From the NCBI GenBank assembly GCA_963822965.1, contig CAWGJT010000006.1, positions 896,001-960,000 on the forward strand: DNA of 64,000 bases, written 5' to 3'. The first letter of the stretch is position 1. Every line of letters starts with the position of its first letter. Under the pieces are notes generated by a model. The model worked only from the letters and a program-made list of their open reading frames with translations. It did no database searches and had not been told where the DNA came from. This stretch comes from an uncultured delta proteobacterium (GTDB lineage: Bacteria; Myxococcota_A; UBA9160; UBA4427). Made by a program: the position numbers and the translations under genes. Below, one piece after another: positions 11,028-23,800 of the stretch.

Positions 11028-13499
11028 TCAGAGCGTCGCCGCCTCTTCCTTGAGCTCGAAGGCCTCGATGACGTCGCCCTCCTTCACGTCGTTGTAGCCC
11101 TCGATTCCGATGCCGCACTCGAAGCCCGTCTTCACCTCGCTGGCGTCGTCCTTGAAGCGCCGCAGCGAGCTGATGCGCCCCTCGTAGATCTGGATGCCGT
11201 CGCGAATCAGGCGGCAGTGGGCGTTCCGCTTGATCGAGCCGTCCGTCACGTAGGAGCCCGCGATCATGCCGACGCGCGGGATCGTGAAGGGCTGGCGCAC
11301 CTCCGCGCGCCCCAGGGTCACCTCGGTGACCTTGGGCGGCAGCAGACCCGCCATCGCCGCCCGCACGTCGTCGAGCAGCTCGTAGATGATCGTGTAGGTG
11401 CGGATCTCGATGCCCTGCTCCTCGGCGGCGCTGCGGGCGGCCGGGTCCGGGCGCGAGTGGAATCCGACGACGATGGCGTCGCTCGCCTTGGCGAAGGTGA
11501 CGTCGTTCTCGGTGATGCCGCCGACCCCCGTCGAGATGACCTTCAGGCGCACCTTGTCGGTGGACATCTTCTCGAGGGCGTCCTGGACGGCCTCGCAGGT
11601 GCCCTGGACGTCCGCCTTCAGGATGACGGGGAGCTCCTTCTGCTCGTCGCCTTCGGCGCGCGCGAAGAACTCCTCGAGGGTGAGCTTCGGCGCGGCGGCG
11701 GCCGGGCGGGAGCGCTCCTGGTCCTCGCGGTGGTCGACGATGCGCTTGGCGACGCGTTCGCTCTCCACCACGTTGAAGGACGCTCCGGCGCTGGGAACCC
11801 CGGACAGGCCCATCACCTGGACGGGTACCGACGGGCCGGCCTCGGTCACGCGCTCGCCCTTGTCGTTCTCCATCGTGCGGACCCGGCCCCACTCGGTCTC
11901 GCACACGACGACGTCCCCCGTGCGCAGGGTTCCCTCCTGCACGAGCACCGTCGCGACCGGCCCCCGTCCCTTGCTGAGCTCGGCTTCGAGCACGACCCCC
12001 CGGGCTCGCAGGTTGGGATCTGCCTTCAGCTCGAGCACCTCGGCCTGCAGCGAGAGCATCTCGAGCAGCTGCTCGAGGCCCTGGCCGGTCTTCGCCGAGA
12101 CGTCCACGAAGATGGTGTCGCCGCCGAACTCCTCCGAGATGAGGTCGTACTCCATCATGCGCTGCCGGGTCTGCTTGGGATCGGCGCCGGGCAGGTCGCA
12201 CTTGTTGACCGCCACCACGATGGGACAGCCCGCGGCGCGCGCGTGCTGAATCGCCTCCACGGTCTGGGGCATCACGCCCTCGGTCGCTGCCACGACGAGG
12301 ATCACGATGTCGGTGATCGCCGCGCCCCGGGCCCGCATCTGGGTGAACGCGGCGTGGCCCGGCGTGTCGATGAACGTGAGCGGCGAGTTGCCCGCATTCA
12401 CCTGGTAGGCACCGATGTGCTGGGTGATGCCGCCGGCCTCTCCAGAGACGACGCTCGTCTTGCGAATGGCGTCGAGGATCGACGTCTTCCCGTGGTCGAC
12501 GTGACCCATCACGGTGATGACCGGCGACCGCGGCTCGAGGGCCTTGGCGGCCTCCTCCTCGCCCTCCGCGCCGGCTCCCTCGAAGAACTCCTCCTCCTTG
12601 AAGCCCGTGTCCTGCACCTCGAAGCCCAGCTCGCCGGCGACCTTCTCGCTGGTCTCGACGTCCACCATCTGGTTCACGGAGACCATGATGCCGAGCGCCA
12701 TCAGCTTGCCCTGGATGACGGGCGCCTTGGCGCCGAGCAGCTTCGCGAGCTCGCCCACGCTGATCTCGCCGGGAACCCGGATCATCTTCTGCTGCTTCGC
12801 CTGCGCGCTCGACGGATTGGCGGCGGCGGGCTTGTTGAGCTTGTCCCGGCGCCGGCTACGCGGATTCACCACGGTGCGGGGGGTCACCACGGGCGGGCGG
12901 CGCCTGACGACGCCGCGCCCGGCGTACTGCAGCTTCACCTGATCCTGCTCGCGCAGGTTCACCACCTCGCGTACGCGCTTCCGCTGCTTGCCCTTGCGGT
13001 CCGGGGGCTCCTCGCCACCGGGGGTGCCGGGGCGCTTGCGGGCCGCGGGCGCGGCGGTTTCCTCGCCTGCCGCCGGCGTGCGGGCCGGGACGACCGGAGC
13101 CACCGACTCCTCGACGACGGGCTCGGGGGTCGGCGCCTCGAGCTCGGCGGGCTGCTCGCCCAACGCCTCCTCGGCGGACTCGGGCGAAGGCGCCTCTGCG
13201 ACCTCTTCGGCGACCACCGGCTCGGGCTTGGCGGGCTCCGGCGGCGGCTTCACCACCTTCTTGCGACGCCGTCGCAGGATGGTGGAGCCTTCCTTGCCTT
13301 CCACCCGATGCTCGTCGATCCGAGTCTTGTCGGTGGACGGCGCGCCGAGCTTGGAGCGCAGCAGCTCCACCTGCTCGGGCTCGAGCGCCGCCATCGGGTT
13401 CTTGAGCTCGACGCCTTCCGCCGCCGCGCGCTCGACGAACTCGTTCCGATCGATTCCGAGCTCTTCTGCGAGCTTGTATGCCCTGACCTTCGCCGCCAC
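11028..13499 (-). CDS. infB: translation initiation factor IF-2
   Basis: [40 protein letters not shown]…GFECGI. Confidence 0.98.
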   Translation of the reverse strand: MAAKVRAYKLAEELGIDRNEFVERAAAEGVELKNPMAALEPEQVELLRSKLGAPSTDKTRIDEHRVEGKEGSTILRRRRKKVVKPPPEPAKPEPVVAEEVAEAPSPESAEEALGEQPAELEAPTPEPVVEESVAPVVPARTPAAGEETAAPAARKRPGTPGGEEPPDRKGKQRKRVREVVNLREQDQVKLQYAGRGVVRRRPPVVTPRTVVNPRSRRRDKLNKPAAANPSSAQAKQQKMIRVPGEISVGELAKLLGAKAPVIQGKLMALGIMVSVNQMVDVETSEKVAGELGFEVQDTGFKEEEFFEGAGAEGEEEAAKALEPRSPVITVMGHVDHGKTSILDAIRKTSVVSGEAGGITQHIGAYQVNAGNSPLTFIDTPGHAAFTQMRARGAAITDIVILVVAATEGVMPQTVEAIQHARAAGCPIVVAVNKCDLPGADPKQTRQRMMEYDLISEEFGGDTIFVDVSAKTGQGLEQLLEMLSLQAEVLELKADPNLRARGVVLEAELSKGRGPVATVLVQEGTLRTGDVVVCETEWGRVRTMENDKGERVTEAGPSVPVQVMGLSGVPSAGASFNVVESERVAKRIVDHREDQERSRPAAAAPKLTLEEFFARAEGDEQKELPVILKADVQGTCEAVQDALEKMSTDKVRLKVISTGVGGITENDVTFAKASDAIVVGFHSRPDPAARSAAEEQGIEIRTYTIIYELLDDVRAAMAGLLPPKVTEVTLGRAEVRQPFTIPRVGMIAGSYVTDGSIKRNAHCRLIRDGIQIYEGRISSLRRFKDDASEVKTGFECGIGIEGYNDVKEGDVIEAFELKEEAATL

Positions 13500-13504
13500 G
13501 GGTT

Positions 13505-14937
13505 CTACTCCACCTTCTCCTGGACCGCTTCGGAGCCTGCGGGCTCCGCCCCTGCCGCAGCCGGCTCACCCTCGACGTCGGGAGCCGCTTCTTCCGCACC
13601 TGCGGAGCCCGCCTCGGCCGCAGCCGCCTCTTCTCGGGCGCGGTTCTCCGCTTCCTCGGCCTCCCGCCGGGCACGCTCGGCTTCTTCTTCGCGCTTGCGC
13701 ACGGCCAGCTCGACCGCGCGCCGCTGGATCGCGGTCGCGCCCGCGTCGTCGATGCCCGGCAGCGCCGTCAGCAGGTCGAGGGGACACTCGGCGAGATCTT
13801 CGAGCGAGGTGATGCCCTGCTGGAGCAGCAGCTCCGCCTCGGGCTCGCCGCAGCTCTCGACCACCGACACGGCCTCGGCGAGCCACTGCGCGATCTCGCG
13901 CATCTTCGACTCGCTCTTGATGTCGATCTTCCAGCCCGTGAGCTGCACGGCCAGGCGCACGTTCTGCCCGCGCCGCCCGATCGCCAGCGAGAGCTGGTCG
14001 TCCGGCACGATCACGTCCATCGACTTCTGGGCCTCGTCGATGATCACCTTCGACACCTGTGCGGGCGAAAGGGCGCTGCACACGTAGCGCGCGGCATCCG
14101 GGCTCCACGGGACGATGTCGATGCGCTCGCCCCGCAGCTCCTGCACGACGGCCTGCACCCGGCTGCCCTTCATGCCCACGCAGGCACCCACGGGATCGAC
14201 GTCGCTGTCCCGGGAGGCCACCGCGATCTTCGAGCGTCCGCCCGGCTCGCGGGCGGCCGATTCGATGGACACGATCTTCTCGTACATCTCGGGCACTTCC
14301 TGCTCGAAGAGCTTCGTGAGCATCTCGATGCAGGCCCGGGACAGCACGATCTGCGGTCCCTTCGAGACCCGGTTCACCTCCAGCACATAGGCCCGCATGC
14401 CGGTCTCCCGGGCGGTAGCTCTCCCGCGGGCACCTGCTCCTTGGGCGGGAGCACCGCCTCGGCGCGACCGAGGTCGACGATGATCGAGCCCTTCTCGAAG
14501 CGCCGGACGATGCCGTTCACGATCTCGCCCTGGCGGTCGCGGTACTCCTCGAACGTGTTGTCCCGTTCGGCGTCCCGGATGCGCTGGATGATCACCTGCT
14601 TGGCGGCCTGGGCGAGGATGCGGCCGAAGTCCGACGTGTCGATCTTGACGCCGATCTCGTCCCCGGGCTCCGCCTCCGGATCGTAGGTGCGCCGGGCGTC
14701 GACGAGCAGGATCTGGGCGTCCGGGTCGCTGACCTCCTCGACCACCTCGCGGAACTCGAACAGCTCGATCTCCCCCAGCTCGTCGTTGTAGCGGGCCTCG
14801 ATCTCGCGTTCCTGGCCGTGGCGCTTGCGCGCGGCCTGCTTCATCGCCTCTTCGAGGGCGCTGATGATCTCACCAGAATCGATGCCCTTGTCCTTGGCGA
14901 TCTGGTCGATCTCTCGTTTCAGGTTCAAACCGAGCAT
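13505..14937 (-). CDS. nusA: transcription termination factor NusA (frameshifted in this sequence near 14400-14430)
   Basis: N-terminal half ([14 protein letters not shown]1) and C-terminal half ([33 protein letters not shown]) lie in different frames. Removing two single bases restores [18 protein letters not shown]. Confidence 0.93.
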
Positions 14938-14951
14938 GGGGCTTCCGCCAG

Positions 14952-15470
14952 TCAACGATCATTGCCGCCCGATTTCCCGCCCGTCGCGGCGAAATCGGCA
15001 CGGCTGAACTGGTACATCGAGTTGGCCTTCTCGACGTCGGCGAAGGGGACCTCGAACGACTGGCCGTCCACGACCAGATGCACGATCCCGCTCTCGAAGT
15101 CGATCAACCTCCCTTTGAACCGCCGTCGTCCGCCCACCGGACGCCGGGTCTTGAGCTTCACTTCCTGGCCGCACGCGGCGGCGAAATCCTTCTCGCGGGA
15201 GAGCATCCGATCGAGCCCCGGCGACGAGACCTCCAGGTTGTACGACCCGGGCATCGCGTCGTTCACGTCGAGCTGGGTGCCGATCTCGCGCGAGATCGCC
15301 GCACATCGCTCTACCGCGACCCGACCGTCTCCCTCCTTCCGATCGACCGTCACCCGGAGCACTCCGGCTCGCGCGCCGCCCTGTATCTCGACGTCGACGA
15401 GCTCGCAGTCGTGATCCTCGACGATCGGCTCGATCAGTCTCCTCAAGTCTTCGGGGATGTCCCGGTACAC
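14952..15470 (-). CDS. rimP: ribosome maturation factor RimP
   Basis: ELVDVE, LRVTVD, CAAISREI, YNLEVSSPGLDR, GRRRFKGRL. GTG start at 15470. Confidence 0.93.
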   Translation of the reverse strand: MYRDIPEDLRRLIEPIVEDHDCELVDVEIQGGARAGVLRVTVDRKEGDGRVAVERCAAISREIGTQLDVNDAMPGSYNLEVSSPGLDRMLSREKDFAAACGQEVKLKTRRPVGGRRRFKGRLIDFESGIVHLVVDGQSFEVPFADVEKANSMYQFSRADFAATGGKSGGNDR

Positions 15471-15629
15471 GCGACGCGTCCCCTTCCTCTCCGCACTCTC
15501 GTCTCTCTCGTCCCTGCCCTTCTCGTCTCCACTCGTCCGCTCTCGTCCCGTCTCGCGCTCTCCGCGCTCCGGCCCGTTCGTTCCGCTGCCGGGGCGCGCC
15601 CTTCCGGCGCGCCCGCCGAGCATGGGCCC

Positions 15630-15661
15630 AAAAAACAAAAAGCGGACGGCGCGTCCACTTT
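15630..15661 (-). terminator. rimP-leader attenuator hairpin
   Basis: Minus strand AAAGTGGAC-GCGCC-GTCCGCTTT followed by TTGTTTTTT, upstream of rimP. Resembles the conserved rimP-leader terminator. Confidence 0.7.
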
Positions 15662-15823
15662 CAGCGGGAGCCAGAAGCACCCGAACCGAGCAAGCTCATG
15701 ACCTGCGACACGCCCTGCCAGACACCCCGACACGCTTCGAAACGACCGCCAACACGGACCGCAAAGGACCTACAAGCGCAGCAGAGCCCCCGAGAGACCT
15801 TTCGGCCGCCCGTAAGCCCGCGC

Positions 15824-15852
15824 AACTTATACGAATTGGGCCGCGTTGGCAA
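15824..15852 (-). promoter_or_regulatory. sigma70-type promoter for the rimP operon
   Basis: TTGCCA-N17-TAAGTT on the minus strand, in an AT-richer patch just after the pyrD stop. Confidence 0.5.
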
Positions 15853-15866
15853 ACGCTTTCCGCCGG

Positions 15867-16795
15867 CTACCAGGACTCGAGGGCCCCGGTCAGGTCCGCC
15901 ACCCGCGGGAACCCGTGCCGGAGGGCATATTCGGCGATGCCGTCGGCGATACGGGCGGCGACGTGGGGGTCCAGATAGTTGGCCGTTCCCACCTGGATCG
16001 CGGTTGCCCCGCACAGCAGGAACTTGACCGCATCCTCGGCGGTCATGATGCCCCCGATGCCACAGATGGGGATCTTCACCGCCTGGGCGGCCTGCCAGAC
16101 CATGCGCAGCGCGATCGGCCGGATGGCGGGGCCGGAGAGCCCGCCCAGGCCGTTGCGGAGCACCGGACGGCGCCGCTCCACGTCTACGTCGAACGCCTGC
16201 ACCGCGTTGACGAGGCTGACGCCGTCGGCCCCGTTCTCCTCGCACACCCGGGCCATCTCCGCGATGCTCGTCACGTTCGGGGAGAGCTTCACCAGCAGGG
16301 GCTTGCGGGTCGCCGCCCGGACCGTGCGGACCAGCTCCGCGAGCACCCGCGGATCCTGCCCGAACTCGATGCCGCCGCTCTTCACGTGGGGACACGAGGC
16401 GTTGACCTCGATGCCTGCGACCCGGGGCACCGATTCCAGGCGCTTGCACACCTCCGCGTACTGGTGCGGAGCCGTACCGAAGACGCTCGCGATCACCGTC
16501 ACCGCCGCGGGCAGGGCCGGCAGCTTCTCCGTCACGAAGGCCTCGACGCCGACGTTCTCGAGGCTGATGGCGTTGAGCATGGCCGCGGGCGCCTCGGCGA
16601 TCCGCGGGGGCGGGTTCCCGATCCGGGGCTCGGGCGTGAGGCTCTTGGCCACGAAGCCGCCGATGCGGCGTGAGATCGAGGAACGGGCGCGAGCTCGGTC
16701 CCGTAGCCGAAGGTGCCCGAGGCGGTCAGGACCGGATTGCGCAGCGCGATGCCCGCCAGGTCCACCCGGGTGTCCACCGCCGCCGGATCGCTCAC
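15867..16795 (-). CDS. pyrD: dihydroorotate dehydrogenase class 1B catalytic subunit (frameshifted near 16667-16687)
   Basis: LRNPVLTASGTFGYG in one frame. GGFVAKS, EVNASCPHV, VKLSPNVT, GGLSGPAIRPIA, GATAIQVGTAN in another. Two extra bases separate them. Confidence 0.92.
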
Positions 16796-17617
16796 GGCAG
16801 CCCCTCCCAGCGGATCTCGGCCGCGTCGAAGACCGGCCCGTCGCGACAGACGAGCGCGATAGTCTCCGGCCGGACGGGGGGCCGCGCAGCCGAGGCAGAC
16901 GCCGAAGCCGCAGGCCATGTGGTTCTCGAGGGAGACGACGCACGGGACGGACGCCTCGGCGGCCAGCTCCGCACAGCGCCGCATCATGGGCGTGGGGCCG
17001 CAGCTGTAGACCGCGGTGACGTCGCCGGCGGCCAGGATCTCGGCCAGGGGGCCGGTCACCAAGCCGGTCTCGCCCAGACTGCCGTCCTCGGTGGTGATTC
17101 GGAGCTCCACGTCCAGGCCGCGGAAGTCGTCGGCGGCCATCAGGTCGTCCGCGCTGCGCGCCCCCAGGACGACGGTGCGGCGAGCGCCGGGCGGCGCCTG
17201 GGCGGCCAGACCGAAGAGGGAGGCCACGCCCGTGCCCCCACCCACGATGACGGCGTGCTCGCCGGGCGCGGGCAGCCGGAACGGACGGCCGAGAGGACCC
17301 ACCACCCGTACGCGCTCCCCGGCGCGGGCCGCCGCGAGGAGGCTCGTGCCCCGGCCCTCCACCTTGTAGAGGATCTCGACCTCCGGCTGCGCGACGGTCT
17401 GCTGCCGGAACACCGCCATCGGCCGCGGCAGCAGGGGGTCGTCCCGGCGCACGCCCGAGAGCGCGCCCGGGGAGAGCATCACGAACTGGCCGGGCCGGGC
17501 GTCGGGCCATCCCGGAACCTGCAGCCGCAACCGGTGGTTGGCCCCGCCCTCACGGCGATTCTCCAGGATCACCGCGTCGGCGCGGATTGCGGCCGTTGTG
17601 GGCGGAATGGCTCTCAC
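16792..17617 (-). CDS. pyrK: dihydroorotate dehydrogenase electron-transfer subunit (frameshifted near 16858)
   Basis: PGQFVML, LPRPMA, GGGTGVA, CGPTPMM, MACGFGVCLGC. C-terminal LVCRDGPVF lies in another frame after one extra base. Confidence 0.9.
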
Positions 17618-17803
17618 CCCATGGGAACCCCGGGCGGGGGACCGCCCGGGACGTCGAAGATGGCTCGGAGCAGTCTGGCAACTGCGCGAAAAACCTATTC
17701 AACCAGCCTGCCTTGCGCAACAGAGATTCATCAAGGAGTCGCCCCGAAACGTCGAAGAAGCGGAGCACGGGCCGTCCCAGGGTGGTGCCCGGAGGGGGAG
17801 CTG

Positions 17804-20800
17804 TTGACTTCGAATCTCGAGCGCAACGCCGCGGCCCTGGCAGCCGATTCCGGCGACGCGCGCGCCTTCGCGGCACTCGAGGAGGAGTACTTCCTCGCGG
17901 CGGATTGGGAGAAGCTGGTCGCCCTCTACCGGCAGCGACTCGAGGATCCGCAGCTCGAGGGCGACGAGCGCTCCTCCTTCCACTGCCGCCTCGGGCAGAT
18001 CCTGGAGGAGCGCTGCCTCGACATCGATCTGGCCATCGCGGAGTACACCGCGGCGATCCGCCTCCGCCCGACCGACCGCCTCGCCCTGCGACAGCTGCGC
18101 CAGGTGCACGCCCGCCGCGAAGCGTGGGACCTGGTGCTGCAGATCGCGGAGCTCGAGATCGAGACCCTGCACGAGCCCTACGAGCGCGCGGTCTTCTTCG
18201 CCGAGATGGGCGACGTGTGGCTGCGTCGCATCCACGACAACAACGAGGCGATGACCTGCTTCGAGCAGGCCCTCGCCATCGACCCGCGCCAGAAGGAGGC
18301 GTTGGCCGGTCTGGCGCGCACCCTCGAGGCCCAGGGGAACGTCGAGGCGGCGGCCGCCACCTGGGAGCGGCTGATCGGCTGCGTACGCGGCCCCGACCGG
18401 GCGGCCCCCCTGGTCGCGCTGGCTTCGCTGCTGTCGGGCCCGCTGAACCAGGGAGAGCGCGCCGTCGAGCTCTACCGGCGCGCGCTCAGCGACGATCCCC
18501 GCAACGAGGCCGCCGTCGAGGCGCTCTCGGTCTCGGCCGGCGCGCGCGGCCAGTGGGAGCTGCTGGGCGACCTCTTCGAGAGACGCTTCCGGCTGGCGGC
18601 GGGCGCCAGACGACGGACCGCGATCGCCCTCGAGGCCGGCTACATGCAGCTCGAACGCCTCGACAACCACGAGGCGGCGCGCATCTGGTTCGAGCGCGCC
18701 CGGGAGATGTCCGGCGAGGACGTGACGGTGCTCACCGCCTTCATCGACCTGGAGCGGAAGGCGGACGACGCCGCGAGTCTGGTCGCAGCGATCGACCAGC
18801 TGGTGCGAGCCGTCGGCGGCGCCGCACCGCTCGGTCTGCTGCTCGAGGCCGCGAGCCTGCACACCGATCGCGGTGACGACGAGAAGGCGCTGGCGCACCT
18901 CGAGCTCGCCGCACGAAAGTGTCCCGAGGATCCGCTGGTCCTCGAGGGGCTCGCCACCACGTACTCCAACCTGCTCCGCCCGGACGATCTCGCCGCGGTG
19001 CTCGAGCGACGGGCGGCCCTTTGTCCGGACGATCCGGAGGCGCAGGCCGGCGCGTTCGCCGAGCTCGGTCACGTGCAGGCCACCCAGCTCGAGGATCTCG
19101 CGGCCGCGCAGGACGCCTACGAGCGCGCCTTCGCGGCGATGCCGTCCATGCCCGGCGTGGCCAGCGCCCTCGAGGGCCTGTACCGGAAGACCGAGAGCTT
19201 CGACGCCCTGCGCAAGCTGCTCGAGCGCGCCACCGAAGCGGCTCCTCCCTCCGAGCGCTGCGGCTACTACTGCTCGCTCGGCGAGCTGCTGGAGGAGCAC
19301 TTCTCCCAGCCCGACGACAGCGCCGCCTGCTTCGAGGCGGCCCTGCAGCTGCGGCCCAAGACGACCCGGGCGCTGCGAGGGCTGGCGCGGCTGGCGGAGC
19401 GCTCGGGCGATTCCGGCGCGATGATCCGGGCGCTCGAACGCGAGGCGGACGTCTGCGGGGACGAGCAGCGCCTGGGCGAGATCGCCTACGAGCTGGCCAG
19501 CCGTCATGGCGCGCACGACGACCTCGAGACCGCCCTGACGTGGGCGGAACGGGCGCTCGGTACCGCTCCCCGGGAACGCCGCTACCTCGAGGGCCTGGCA
19601 GCGCTCCAGGAACGGCTGGGACGCGACGACGACCTGACGCGAACGCTCATCCGTCTCGAGGACGTGATCGACGACGTCGAGCACGCGGCCGTCCGGCGGC
19701 GGATCGCCGGGCTCCTCGAACGGAGCGGCAACGGCGAACGCGCCCTCTCCTACTGGGAAGCGGCGCTCGAGAGCGAGCCCGACGACCTCGAGAGTCTCGC
19801 GGCCCTGCGGCGCTACTACAGCGACCTGAACCGCTCGGAGGATCTGGCGCCGGTCCTGCGCAAGCTCGCCGAACGGTCGCCGGAGTCCGAGCAGACGGGC
19901 TACCTCGACGAGCTCGCGCGGCTCCTCGACGAGCAGCTCTGCGACTTCGACGGCGCGATCGTGGTGCTGTGGCGCCTCGCGAATCTGCCGGACCGGCCGG
20001 AGGGCGTGCGCGCCCGGCTCGAGGGGCTGCTCGAACGCGCGGGCCGCTTCGAAGAGCTCGCCCAGCAGCTCCTCGAGAGTCGTCGCGGGCTCCCCGCCGA
20101 CAGCCCGGAAGCGATCGACCTCGAGCTCCGGCGCGCGGCGCTGCTGCTCGATCCGCTGGGCCGCTTCGAGGAGGCGGCCCACGCCTTCCGGGAGGTCCGC
20201 CGGCGCGCCCCGGACCGCAGCGAGGCGACCGCGGGACTCGAGCGGGCCCTGCGAGCCGACGGGGACGCGATCGGCCTGTCCGGCCTGCTGGGCGAGATGG
20301 CCGAAGCCGCGAGCGACCCGGAACGCCGGGACCGGCTGCACTTCGAGCGAGCCGTGCTCCTCGAGGAATCCCTCGGCGAGCTCGAGCAGGCCCGACAGGT
20401 CTACACGGCACTGTGCACCGACGAGACGACCGCGGGCGTCGCCGAGCAGGCCGGCTCGCGGCTCGAGAGCCTGCTCGAACGCTGCGGCAACTGGACGTGT
20501 CTCCGCGAGCGACTCGAGCACGCCCTGGCGAGAGCCGCGGATGCCGACCAGCGCGCGCTCCACGAACGCATCGCCAGCCTGTGCGCGGATCGCCTGGGCG
20601 ACCAGCAGGGATGCGCGCTGCACCTGGAAGCCGCCGGAAGACTCGAGCCCGAGCGGCCCGAGCCGTGGCGACGGCTGGCGACGCTGTACCAGGAGCTCGA
20701 CCGTCCGGACGACCTGCTGCGGGTCACCGAGGCCGAGCTGGCGAGCGGTCCGGACGCCGAGCGCGAGCGCGTACTGCACGCCCGGGCCGCGGCCCTGTGG

Positions 20801-23800
20801 GTCGCCCGCCCGGGCGAGGACGAACGGGCCTGCGAGCACTACGAGCGCCTGCTCGAGCTCGAGCCGGGACGCTCGGACGCCACCGGCTTCCTGGTGGCGC
20901 GCTACGAGGCGGCGAATCGATTCGCCGACGTGGTCCGGCTCCTCGAGGATCGTCTCGCCGCGGTGTCGTCCGAACAGGCGACGGCTCCGGGAGAGGACGA
21001 AGACCCGGATCGCGGCCTCCAGACCTCGCTGCGGCTGCGCATCGCGGCTCTGCGGGCGGGCGAGCTGGCAGACCCCGAGGGCGCGATCCGCATGCTCGAG
21101 CCGGCACTCGCCGACGGTGGCCCCTCGGGCCCCGCCGCGCAGCCCCTGGCCGACCTCTACACGCACACCGGAGCCAACGAACGACTGATCCGGCTGTGCG
21201 AGGAGGCCGCGGCATCCTGCGAGCCCGGTGCGGAGCGCGCCCGCTGGCAGCTGCGCCTCGCCGGGTGCCTGCGAGCCGAGGGCGACGTGGCCGGCGCCGC
21301 TCTCGCCTACCGCGAGGTGCTCGACCAGCACCCGCACGACGAGGACGCCTACGCGGCGCTCTGCGATCTCTATCGCCAGGAGGGACAGGCGGGCCCCCTG
21401 GCGGAGCTGCTCGAAGCCTCCCTCGGACGGGCCTCCCAGGCGGACGAGGTGGCGATCCGGATGGAGCTCGCCGCGCTGTGCGAGGAGCGCCTCTCGAACC
21501 CGACGGCTGCATTCGCGCACCTGCGGCGGGTGATCGGGATCGAGGGCGACCACGAAGGCGCGTTCGAGCGTTCCCTGCGGCTGGCCGGGAGCCTGCAGCG
21601 CCATGAGGAGCAGCTCGAGCTGATCGATCGGCGCCTGGAGCTGCGTCTCTCCGCGGCCCAGCGCATCGACCTGCTCGAGCGCCGCGCGGATCTCCTGGCG
21701 GGGCCCATCGGCGCTCCGGAGGCGGCCGTCGGCGCCTATCGCGAGGTGATCGCCCTCGATCCCACGCGGCGCAGCGCGCGCGCGTCGCTTCGCGACGTGC
21801 TGGAGGCCCTGGGCCGTTGGAGCGCCGTGCTCGACTGCCTCTACCTCGACGCAGACAGCGCCGAGCCCGACGAGAAGGCCGCGATCTACGAAAGCGCCGT
21901 CGAGGTGGCCACCGTCCACGTGGGGCAGGATGCGGCCCTACCGTGGCTCGAGCGCCTTCGCGCCGTGCGGCCGCAGGACCCGCTGGTCGTCGCGCGCATC
22001 GCCGACGTCCATCGACGGGCGGGCCGCTTCGAGTCCGTGCTGCGAGCCATCGAAGACGAGCTCGCTCTGACGACCGACCCGGCGCGCCTGCGCGACCTGC
22101 ACTTGGGACGCGCGCGCATCCTCGAACGCGACATGCAGGCCCCCGGGCGTGCGATCTCCGCGCTCGAGGCGGCACACGAGCTCGACCCGCAGCACCCCGA
22201 GATCCTGCGGCGGCTCGACGAGCTGTACGACGTCGCGGGACGTGCCCGCGAGCGCGTGGCCATCGTGGAGGCTCGCATCGAGATCGGTGAGGCGCCGTTG
22301 GAGCTGCACCTGACCGCGGCGCGTCTCTACTCGGAAGCCCTGGCGGAGCCCGCGCAGGCCATTCCCCATCTGCTGCGCGCGGTGCTCCTCACGCGGGTGC
22401 TGCAGGGTGGCGTGGACAGCGGTCCGGTGTCGACGCCCGCAGCCCGAGCCGCGCTGCTGGCGGAGCTCGGGTCGACCCTGCGCGCCGCCGGACGCGAGGA
22501 GGCCTGGGCACGAGCCGCCGAGGCCGAGCTGCGGGTGCTCCAGGCGGACCTTCGCGACCACCCGGCGGAGAGCGCGGCCCCTGACTCTCGCCCCGAACGA
22601 AGCGACGAGCTGCGCCGCAACCTCGCATGGAGCTACGCGAACGATCTGGCCGATCACGGAGGCGCGCTGCGCCACATGCGAGCCCTGATCGACGCGTGGC
22701 CGAGAGGCGGGCCCCGTCGCGACGACCTCGAGCGAATCGAGCAGCGCTACCTCGACCTGCTGCGCGGGGACGCCAACTGGGTCGAGCTCGAGAGCCGGCT
22801 CGCCGGGCGACTGGCGCGCGGCACCGAGAGCCTGGAAGAGTGGCTGGAGCTCGCTCGCCTGCGCGACGAGCGACTGCACGCGCCCCGAGCGGCCCTCGCG
22901 GCCTACGAGCGCGCGCTGGCCCTGCGGCCCTCCTCCCTGGGCGCGATCCGGGGCCTGCGCGATCTCGCCGAGCGGCTCGCCGACTGGCCCGCGGCGGCGC
23001 GCAGCCTCGAGCTCGAGCTGGCCCTGCAAGGACGCTGGTCCCCGCGCGAACGGGGCGCGCTCTCGCGACGCCTCGGCGAGATCGCCTGGCACCGCCTGGG
23101 CGACCCGGAGCGCGCCGAGAACGCCTACCGGGCGGCGCTCGACGCGGACCCGAACGACCTCGACGCCCTGCGCGCGCTCGAGCACCTGCACGAGACGCGG
23201 GGAAGCTGGGCGTCGGCGGCCGAGCTCTACGAACGCGAGGCGGAGCTCCTCGGCGACGAAGAGCCCGAGCGCTGCAAGCAGGCGTGGCTTCTGTTCGCGG
23301 ACATCTCGCAACGGCACCTCGCCGACCCCCGCCGCGCGCTCCGCGGCTACGAGCAGGCGGCCGAGATCTCCCCGCTGGCCCTGGCCGACCGCCTGGCTCG
23401 CGCCGAGCTGTACCAGAGCCTCGGCGAGATGGCGCGCTTCGCAGAGGTCTACGCCAGCTGGTGTGACGACCCGGGTGCGGGCGCGAGCTGCGACGAACAC
23501 CTCGCACTGATGGAGGTGCTGAGCGATCTCGGACGTGCGGACGACGCCCTCGCGCGGGCGCGCATCGCCGTCGAGATCGACGACCGCCACCCGGCGGCCT
23601 GGAGCGCCCTCGCGCGTCTGCTGCGCGATCGCGGCCGGCTTTGCGAGGCGGCGGACGCCTGGGAGACGGCCGGCGAGCTGCGCGTGGGGCGCGAGGCGGC
23701 TCTCGACCTCCAGGAAGCCGCGCTGCTCGTGGAGGAGAGCGACCGCGAGGCGTGCATTCGGCGGCTGCGACGAGCCGTCGAGCGGGACGCCGGCTCGCTG

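Noticed and set aside
5637..14087. Very long plus-strand ORFs (1346 aa and 1226 aa)
   Set aside because: Antisense shadows of pnp, rpsO, truB, infB and nusA. Long stop-free reverse frames are expected at this GC content.
14374..14430. Programmed frameshift or true split nusA
   Set aside because: It needs two separate corrections within 30 bp, has no slippery heptamer, and nearby pyrD and pyrK show the same error type.
16670..17803. N-terminal 378 aa of the 3037-aa ORF
   Set aside because: Overlaps pyrD/pyrK on the opposite strand. TPR-like sequence and an RBS begin only at 17804.
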